DNA of 58,751 nt, filler included, from Dimargaris cristalligena (taxonomy: Eukaryota): the NCBI GenBank assembly GCA_003614675.1. It is 2 parts of 2 records of this genome, joined end to end, with 100 filler letters (N's around TTAATTAATTAA, not from the genome) between each part and the next. Parts side by side here need not be neighbours in the genome. Positions count along the whole stretch, not along the records: positions 29,478 to 58,751 come from ML002485.1; 1 more part is not named here. One strand, given 5' to 3'. Made by a program: the position numbers and the translations under genes. Below, in pieces: positions 51,279 through 58,751 of this stretch; position 1 is the first letter of the stretch; each line of letters begins with the position of its first letter. Below the pieces are notes generated by a model. It saw only the letters and a program-made list of their open reading frames with translations, was not told where the DNA came from and did not search any database.

Positions 51279-53960
51279 ATGAATAGTAATAATTCCCTAT
51301 CATCGCCGCCATTGCTTCCCCCCATTTCGACGCCAGCAAATGCCCCACGGCCGGTCTTACCCCCACCTCCTAAACCCCAATTTCCCCTATCTCCCCAGCA
51401 GCAACACCGCTCGCAACCACCGCTCGTACCCGCATCCCCAGGAACGACCCTGCGCGGGACTCTTCCGCCATTGGAGGAACTTAGATTGACCCCTATAAAC
51501 ACCTCTCTATCCCCAACTGTATCGGCCGGCCTATCCCCCCATCCATACGGTTATCCATCTAGACTCCCTTTTTCCAACCACCACCACTATAGTTCCTTTG
51601 GGTCCGCTAACCAACAGCTACCTACGCCCGACTCCCCGGGTCACCCTTTACCATTTGCCCGGACCTATGGTTCAGGCCGGTATTCAACGGGGGCCCACCA
51701 TTCTCCGCTGGTTCCTAGCCCCGGCCTGTCCCAATCTATTCCACCCCCTTACACACCCCAGTCACATGTAAATAATGATGTACCAACAACTCATCCGCTA
51801 CCCTCAGCATCCCAAATCTATACCCAGCATCCGCATCAACCGGCGCCACCGACTAAACTATCCCCTCATCTAGCGCATCTTTCTCGACCACATAATTATT
51901 ATCCAACTGCCTCACCACGACCCACACTGCTTGGCCCATCCACCCCTACTGGTTCCCATTTGAACCGACTGGATGATTCCCAGCAGCCACTACCACCACC
52001 ACCCCTACCCCAACAGCAGCCCTCGTCCACCGAGGGGTTCTATCACGTGATGATTGACGCTCTACGCACCTACATTTATCAGGCCCGACCATACTATGAG
52101 CGACTGGATCAGCGGCAGCGGACGTTACCCTGGGCCGCACCCGATGTTCAGCGCTTTCTGGCCATTATAAAATGCGACGCACCGGCGGTATGGCGGTTCA
52201 CCAGCGAGGGCGACTTGGATCACCTATGGCGGTCCATCCACCAGCGGTGTTGCGAGGCCATTCGCCAAGTGCCTCCCGCCGACCAACTGCACGGTTACTG
52301 GATGGTCATTCTCGAATGGTACCTCAATCACGGCCCAACCCGACCCGTTGCTCCGGCCCCGGGACCCGGAACAGATAAAGGACCGTCCCCCGATACCCAG
52401 CTATGGATCCAGGAACTGGAAAAGGTGTTTCAAGCCGGTTTGGAAACGGAGGCCCGGGGTTGGCGCGCCATCCTACCACCACCACCAGTAACCTCCTCCG
52501 CTACTGCCGTATCCGCGGCACCCAGCACCACCGGGTCATCATCCCCATTGTTGGCACCGGCCCCAGCCGCCCCAATTACTACGGCCAGCGGAGCCCATTC
52601 TGGAATTTTCCCACCCTACGCCTTGTTAGCGGTGGACCACCACCGTAATCTATACCCTTCAACAAGTAACTCCGCCGTACTGTCCCCCAGCCCGGTGCCC
52701 CAGCTAGTAGTGGGCCTGCAATCCTCCCCTTCGCTGCTCACCAAAACCAGCCGGGGATCATCTAAACGGGGTTCCAGTCAAATGGAATCGGAAGAGCCCT
52801 CCGTGTCCGCCAGTCCCGTCGATTTGGCCATATCCCGTTTCCAGGATGCCCTTTTGGCCGACGGAGGGATGTTGAATGACGTGGCGGCGCGACCCAGTCA
52901 AGTTTCGGTCGACCCGGGCACCGTCCCCACCCCGACCACAATAACCATTACCACAACTACCGCTGCCGCTGCTGTTGCGACCACCACCACCGTCCCATTG
53001 GGGGGTGGAAGAGAGAGGGCGGTATCAGCTCTATCGTCCCTACCGAATGGGACCACCGGCCTTAAGAAGTATAAGTTTGTGGGCGGTGTCAGCAACCCCC
53101 GTCGTCCTAACCGTAACCACTCAGGGCCGGGGGTTAACAAGAAATCTACCACTCAGTCCATGATCGCCGCACATAATAATAATAATCAGCAGCCACAGCA
53201 GCAGCAGGACCCATCGAACCAGCCCACCAATTCAGCTAGAGCCGCCTCGTTGGGTTCTCATCATCCGTCGGTACTCGCACCGCTCCCCGCTCGGACAGAC
53301 TCGACCCGCACCGGGAGTGCGACAGCCCCAGGAGGAGGAGAAGGCGAGGATCTTCCGAAAGGGTCAACCAAAGGTCGGCCCCGCAAAAACCGGCGGAGCG
53401 AACTGACATTAGCGTCGACGGTACCGACTTCGCTCGGGGAGGGGGCTTCCGGCCCGATGCCGCCTGCTGGGTCGTTGAATAGCTCCCGCACCCCGCAGAC
53501 GGAGAGTTCGACCTACCGGACAGCCCCACCTACTATGTCACCCCCGACCGCCGGGTGGTCCGATACCATGGCATCTTCTCCCCAACCCCGGCGGTTATCC
53601 GCGTCAGGCTCTCTGGACTTTCGGTCCGGTACCGAACCCGTTCGCCCTACCCCAGTTTCTTCGGCTTCTTCGTTTGATCCGTATGCTTCGGCCTACCCCT
53701 ACCCCCACTCCTACCACCCCAGTCCCCCGGCCACTTCATCATTGGCCCATCGGTCGGCGCTCGTCCACTCGTTACAGGCCTTGCAAACTAAACTGGCTAC
53801 GGTGTGCCATGGGTGGCAATCCCAACCCCACATTGAGCAGCCCGAGTTTAAAAGGGACCTTCACACGATTTACTCGGAAATGATGAATGTGAATCAGCTC
53901 ATTGTAAACCAGCTGGTATTAGAGAATGGGGAAGTGGAAGATAAAAAAAATCCCGAATGA
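51279..53960 (+). CDS. Unknown 893-aa Pro/Ser/Thr-rich, probably nuclear protein with an AT-hook-like motif
   Basis: Uninterrupted 2.7 kb ORF, mostly low complexity; KGRPRKNRR; one Trp/aromatic-rich ordered island near aa 253-350 and a C-terminal helical segment. Confidence 0.8.
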   Translation: MNSNNSLSSPPLLPPISTPANAPRPVLPPPPKPQFPLSPQQQHRSQPPLVPASPGTTLRGTLPPLEELRLTPINTSLSPTVSAGLSPHPYGYPSRLPFSNHHHYSSFGSANQQLPTPDSPGHPLPFARTYGSGRYSTGAHHSPLVPSPGLSQSIPPPYTPQSHVNNDVPTTHPLPSASQIYTQHPHQPAPPTKLSPHLAHLSRPHNYYPTASPRPTLLGPSTPTGSHLNRLDDSQQPLPPPPLPQQQPSSTEGFYHVMIDALRTYIYQARPYYERLDQRQRTLPWAAPDVQRFLAIIKCDAPAVWRFTSEGDLDHLWRSIHQRCCEAIRQVPPADQLHGYWMVILEWYLNHGPTRPVAPAPGPGTDKGPSPDTQLWIQELEKVFQAGLETEARGWRAILPPPPVTSSATAVSAAPSTTGSSSPLLAPAPAAPITTASGAHSGIFPPYALLAVDHHRNLYPSTSNSAVLSPSPVPQLVVGLQSSPSLLTKTSRGSSKRGSSQMESEEPSVSASPVDLAISRFQDALLADGGMLNDVAARPSQVSVDPGTVPTPTTITITTTTAAAAVATTTTVPLGGGRERAVSALSSLPNGTTGLKKYKFVGGVSNPRRPNRNHSGPGVNKKSTTQSMIAAHNNNNQQPQQQQDPSNQPTNSARAASLGSHHPSVLAPLPARTDSTRTGSATAPGGGEGEDLPKGSTKGRPRKNRRSELTLASTVPTSLGEGASGPMPPAGSLNSSRTPQTESSTYRTAPPTMSPPTAGWSDTMASSPQPRRLSASGSLDFRSGTEPVRPTPVSSASSFDPYASAYPYPHSYHPSPPATSSLAHRSALVHSLQALQTKLATVCHGWQSQPHIEQPEFKRDLHTIYSEMMNVNQLIVNQLVLENGEVEDKKNPE

Positions 53961-54427
53961 CGTAGACCCTAGACAATAAAAACAGACATTTGTAATATAT
54001 ATGAAAAAAGTGTAGCTGTGTGAACGAAGGGTGACGAAAATAGGAATCATTGTTCTGCCAAAACCGGTTTCGCAGAGACTGCGGTTGAGAGGCCGATTAT
54101 TGAACGATGCCGCTTAATCATCCACTATGTCTGTTCCCTTCGGTCTATTCAGATAACCCCGCTGCCACGGCATCAGATCTGGAGGGGGGAGGGTATCCCT
54201 ATATCAAGACCCTGAATTACAATACAGGAACACGGATGTATAATGTAATTAATAAACATGAACATGGCGTTCTTACGTGTCGGTGGCAGTTTATTAGTCT
54301 GTAAAGGTTTGAAGTACAACAAAGCCGGTTTATTATAATAAAGAGATAAAAATCGGCGAATACGGGCCAGCACTCGATGTCTGGCTCAAAGTGGAATGAT
54401 GTAAATAGTGGTTGGATCTGGTTTGGT

Positions 54428-55408
54428 TTACTGACCACGCCCGGCACCAGGGGGGCCTCGATAGTTGGGAGGCATGTACCTAGAGAATAGCAGGATCAAG
54501 CAAATGAGGGTATAGCGATGGTTAGATCAAAGAGCACGCATGATAATATACCTCAAGATACTAATGCCAATGGCTAAATACAATTACAATATGGTGTATT
54601 AGATCAAGTCCGATCAGATTAGATTTTAGTAACTTACCCTGGTGGTGGGCCACCGGGAGCGGGGTAACCGGGAGGGGGACCACCTGGCATGCCGGGCATG
54701 GGCGGACGACCCCCGGGAAAGGGCATATGAGGCGGAGGCCGGAAGCCCGGCGGGGGGGGCCATATGGGGATGGGCACCGGGCGGGAAGCCGGGGGGCATC
54801 GGCATACCGGGACGGTAATTCGGGGGCATCATCGGCGGCCGACCGGCCAGATGGGGCGGGGGACCGGACGAGCCGGGGGGACCGCGGGGCTGCATCATTC
54901 CGGGGGCCGGACCTCCCACTCCGCGGACGGGACCGGCCAACCCAGGGGGGGGTGCGGCGGCCCCAGCAAGCATCGGCGGGGGAATCATCATACCACCGGG
55001 GCCCATCGGTAGACCCCGACCGGCAGGCCGACCCATACCTGGACCGGTAGGCAGTTGGGCCGCTTTGGCGCGTTGCTCTTCCGCCGACGGCGGGGGAGGC
55101 GCGTCCACACTGATACTGACGATCAATTCACCCCGCAGGATAACCAAACCCAACGTCCGTTTCTCCTCGCGCCGCGCGGGGGCCGGGGTGGGGGCGCCGC
55201 TGCTACCCTCCTCGCCCGTCGCCGCGGCCGTGGCAGCCTTCTTGGATCGGCTTTTTAGCGTACGGAACTCCTCGCAGTCGGCGAGGACGAGGTTCATGTG
55301 GCGATCGAACGCGATCATTTGACCGGTCATGACCCGACCATCGGACACGGTTACCCGCAGCCGATAATTCAGCAGGGTCATCATTTTGGAGTTCTTGGAA
55401 ATCGACAT
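54428..55408 (-). CDS. SNRPB: Spliceosomal Sm protein B, 2 exons, with an apparent extra base in a homopolymer
   Basis: MSISKNSKMM..LNYRLRVT..DGR..GQMIAFDRHMNLVLADCEEFR; EEKRTLGLVILRGE; PAGRG and Pro-rich tail. Exon 1 is 55408-54638, exon 2 is 54479-54428 (GYMPPNYRGPPGAGRGQ*). The frame is restored if the G8 at 54752-54759 is G7. Confidence 0.93.
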
Positions 55409-56283
55409 CTTGACCACGGAGGGAAAATGAAGGATTTGGGGCGGGGGCAAGCGTGGTGGTGGGAGATTGAAAGGAATGCACAATCTATAATGCCGATGGG
55501 ACTTGGGGATACGATAAACGGGGATTAATAAAAACACACACGATACCGAAGGCTATCTGGAAGAGCCAAAAACCACTATCAATTTACGTGAATGGACAGA
55601 ATATTTCAATAGTGAGGCGGTAATGTTTATAAGTAAAGAAAACTCTAGAATCGGGAGGGATTGAATCACGTCGGATGAAACTAAAAAGACAGACCCTGGA
55701 GATGTAGACACCCTGATCAGGAAATGACACCTTGTAGGGAAATCGTAATCTTACGGAGTTATAAGAAGAAAAAAATAAAGGTGGGAAGCGAGAACGAGAG
55801 GCACGCTGAATAGCCCAAAGTAGGGTGAGAGAGGTATTCGTTGGCTTCCAATTTGTAACAGATGTGCAAAATAGCCCAGTTTATCCACGAAAATTTCATT
55901 TCGGACTATTTATTTGGAAATATAGATCATGTATATACTACCACGTCCGCTCTAAAACACGCCTCTTCATATCTATGCTATCACGAAATGGTGCAATTCC
56001 GCTCTATTCATGACAATTAGATTTGCTTTTACAGGTCCATTATCATAATAACACGAGGTCAGGCCAGGAAAAATGGCATCCTTAATGATTCTACATACCA
56101 TCCATGTCTGTTCAAGCGGGAAGAAAAAGGGGTTACTATAACATTATTTATTGGTATTACTAAAGTGGGGGCTATGCAATATTACAAGGACCGGCTGGAT
56201 ACCACACCATCAAGGAACGAGTAGATCCATTATAATCCTCAATGAACATTTCACCCAAGGGCGCGTATAAGTTAGGGGCGGGT

Positions 56284-57516
56284 CTAAAAAAGCATTAAAG
56301 CGGGCGCTGACCAGTTGTAATAGAGGGTAACACCGACCGCGGCCACGGTAGCCACCGCAGCGACGGAACCAAGTCCCGGACCGGGCGGGGGCTGATAGTG
56401 GGGCTGGATCATAGCCAGTGAACGGCCCACGACTTCATTAATTTTAATGTAGTTGGGGTCGGTCGAGCTGTTCTTGTGGTGGAATTCGTATAGGTATTTG
56501 ATAAAGATACCGCGGACGGCGTTGATATTGGTGCATTCCATAATCATCTTCACGGCCTCGCCCTTGCGGATTTTAACGACCTTGCGGAATACGTCGTAGT
56601 TGTTGAATACACGGGTGATGGTGGCAATGGCCATGAGCTGGGGAATGGCCACGAAGCGGAAGACCGAGGGGTCGCGGAGCATACTCAGGTATTCAAACAC
56701 ATCGGGTACGTGGCTCAGGGCATCCATGCACATGTGGTTGAGACAGGCCAGGGCTTGTTTCTCCTGGCCGGGTTCTACGAAATCCTTCAGATCCTTGGCG
56801 TACAGGCCCCATATTTCCTTGGGCCAGAACTGGCGGGTGTCGTGGAGATCCTCCAGGTAGTCCCGCACAATATTGGTTTTCTGGAGGAATAGGCCGAGGG
56901 AGTTGGACAGGCGTTTCTGCTCGGCTAGCTCAGAGTCTTCCAGTCCCGAGGCGGCAAACAGGGCGCTGAGGCCTTCCCCCACGAGTCCGGCCACGTAGTG
57001 GCAGTAGAGCTCGTAGTCGGCCTTGGTGGTGACCCGCTTGATACAGAAGTCGGCCATCCCGTTGCCCATGCGCTTCGCACTATCCACAATGATATCCTGG
57101 TACTTGGGGTCCAGTTTCATAAACTGGTCAATCACCACGGCGTATTCGACCAGCAACGGGGCGTCCTTTTCGTCCTCGCCGCTCTCGGTGAAACACCAGC
57201 CGGGTTGGGTCAGGAAACTGTGGAAGGAACGGAGAAGAGTCACCTTGTAGTCCAGGGGAATGGTCATATCGTCTTCCAGGGTATCGAGCCCCCGGAGCGC
57301 CAGATAATAGAGGCAGACGACATCCCGAAGACTCGGGGCGAGTTGTTTAATGACCATAGTGAAGGAGCGGGAGGTCATGTCCAAGAACTCGTAGCAGCGG
57401 CGCAGGTTGGGGTCGTCGGTACCGGCGATGTCGTCGCCGGAGGGGGGGTTGGACGCCACGAATTTAATCATGGCGGCCAGTTCGGTAGGATGACTGAGCC
57501 AGGTCAGGACGCCCAT
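56284..57516 (-). CDS. ERG9: Squalene synthase (farnesyl-diphosphate farnesyltransferase), intronless
   Basis: TSRSF flap, DTLEDD, YCHYVAGLVGEGL, LFLQKTNIVRDYLED, FVAIPQLMAIAT, VKIRKG, C-terminal membrane anchor. Confidence 0.97.
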   Translation of the reverse strand: MGVLTWLSHPTELAAMIKFVASNPPSGDDIAGTDDPNLRRCYEFLDMTSRSFTMVIKQLAPSLRDVVCLYYLALRGLDTLEDDMTIPLDYKVTLLRSFHSFLTQPGWCFTESGEDEKDAPLLVEYAVVIDQFMKLDPKYQDIIVDSAKRMGNGMADFCIKRVTTKADYELYCHYVAGLVGEGLSALFAASGLEDSELAEQKRLSNSLGLFLQKTNIVRDYLEDLHDTRQFWPKEIWGLYAKDLKDFVEPGQEKQALACLNHMCMDALSHVPDVFEYLSMLRDPSVFRFVAIPQLMAIATITRVFNNYDVFRKVVKIRKGEAVKMIMECTNINAVRGIFIKYLYEFHHKNSSTDPNYIKINEVVGRSLAMIQPHYQPPPGPGLGSVAAVATVAAVGVTLYYNWSAPALMLF

Positions 57517-58751
57517 GGTGACAATATGTGTATGTAAGTGTGTGTGACTTGGTAGAGGATAAGAGGGGCGGACCAGGGACCGAATGGGGGGGGCTTGGAA
57601 TTAGAGAGATGGGTAGTAGTGTTTTAAATACAGCGGTTCTAATAGGAAAAGTAAGATGCTATAAGAATTATCTAACGGATATCAGTCAGAAGGACAGTCG
57701 AGAATAATAGTTATTATAAAGTGGGGTGCATGCTGGATATGGTGTGGTGGTGAAACTCGCACCTAGCGGACACCTGTCTGTTGACCGAGCCATTGAATTT
57801 CCCCGTTGTCCCAATGCGGCAGTTGGACTGGATGGTCCGATTCTCGATGGAGCCTCCCTACTGGTTGTCTTCTCGGTATCAATCCCCTCCATTTGGCCGG
57901 GATATATGGTGGTTAGACCAGTTGTAGAGTAGAGTGATACACCCCCCTTTTCTTTCTCTCCTCCTCTGTAACTTTATTAGACCTCCAGTGAAGTGGGCCT
58001 GTTCCTCCTTATTTCTTTCACGTGTTATATGGAGTGGTGGTGGCCCAGGGTTAATCCGTGGGTGAACTAGCGACAAGCTACTGGAACTTGGTGGTAATAG
58101 AAATGCAGATAAAATCAAGGTTGAGAACCAACCAGTGAGCGAGTTAGGAGGCATCTCCCCGGACTGTACATTATATACACTAAGACTCCCTGACCGTGAA
58201 TCTAGAAATGCCCTACTAATATAGAGGCACCTTGCCGATTAAACATACCGCGAATTCCCGGCCTTGGCTAGAATCCGTTATCGTGTCCCAGCTTTCAGAT
58301 AAGGGATATTCTTTAAATCGCGGAAACAAGCCTTGCTTTGAGGGGATGCGGTGCTAATGGAGCATATTACCCAATCGGCCGTGCTAATTATTTAAATTTA
58401 TAACCACACGCTTTAGGGTGCTAATGGGGGGATATGTTGTCAGGTCTAGGTACGAAAAGGCGCCTAGTAATGCTACTTAGTCATGGGAAGCTCTGTTCCT
58501 GATATATTGATTTATCCCTCTTGTCCAGCCGAACTGTGGTTATGGGTGCGAATATACCGCGTGCTCAATAAACCCAACTTCCCAATTTAGCGTGTCTCTT
58601 AAAAAGCCTCGCAAGATAGTTGGATCCATCAGTCACCGGGCTTCAACATTAGCCGCCACCCGGCTGTAAATGGTGAGGGTCTAGGGAATAACCCATATGG
58701 GTGAAATTCGGCCCAGCTATATAAGGGTTTACATTATACGTGTATGGGAAA

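Noticed and set aside
46702-57516. Tyrosinase and squalene synthase as a secondary-metabolite cluster
   Set aside because: ERG9 looks like the ordinary sterol-pathway enzyme, the genes are separated by SmB and an unrelated protein, and there are no tailoring enzymes or transporters.
56998-57537. Long antisense ORFs over ERG9 (similar ones over UTP5, FIGNL1 and tyrosinase)
   Set aside because: Expected from GC-rich third-position codon bias of the sense genes; no independent motifs.

Overview
Eukaryotic, intron-containing fungal DNA with GT-AG introns, CTAAC-type branch points, Kex2-type KR sites and PTS1 tails. The gene content (APC7, FIGNL1, a small CBM19-like module, a secreted tyrosinase) points by inference to an early-diverging fungus, possibly Zoopagomycota. 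The window is not one contiguous locus: a 100-bp artificial linker (44 N + TTAATTAATTAA + 44 N, 29378-29477) joins two contigs. The left part holds three secreted/surface genes (one a Cys-rich module plus 18 PEYPxx repeats), a ~9 kb gene-poor stretch, a peroxisomal dienoyl-CoA isomerase, a UBL-WLM (Wss1-family) protease, a D-amino-acid oxidase with a GC-AG intron, and a Kex2-processed His-Gly repeat peptide. The right part holds a truncated APC7, a ~1.36 kb non-coding inverted repeat, UTP5/WDR43, FIGNL1, a secreted tyrosinase, an unknown 893-aa Pro/Ser-rich AT-hook protein, SmB (with an apparent 1-nt frameshift in a homopolymer) and squalene synthase. The best leads are the giant fold-back element and the Tyr-repeat protein, His-Gly peptide and tyrosinase, which together resemble a catechol cross-linking (adhesion/sclerotization) toolkit. 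Exon boundaries and alignments were worked out by hand.
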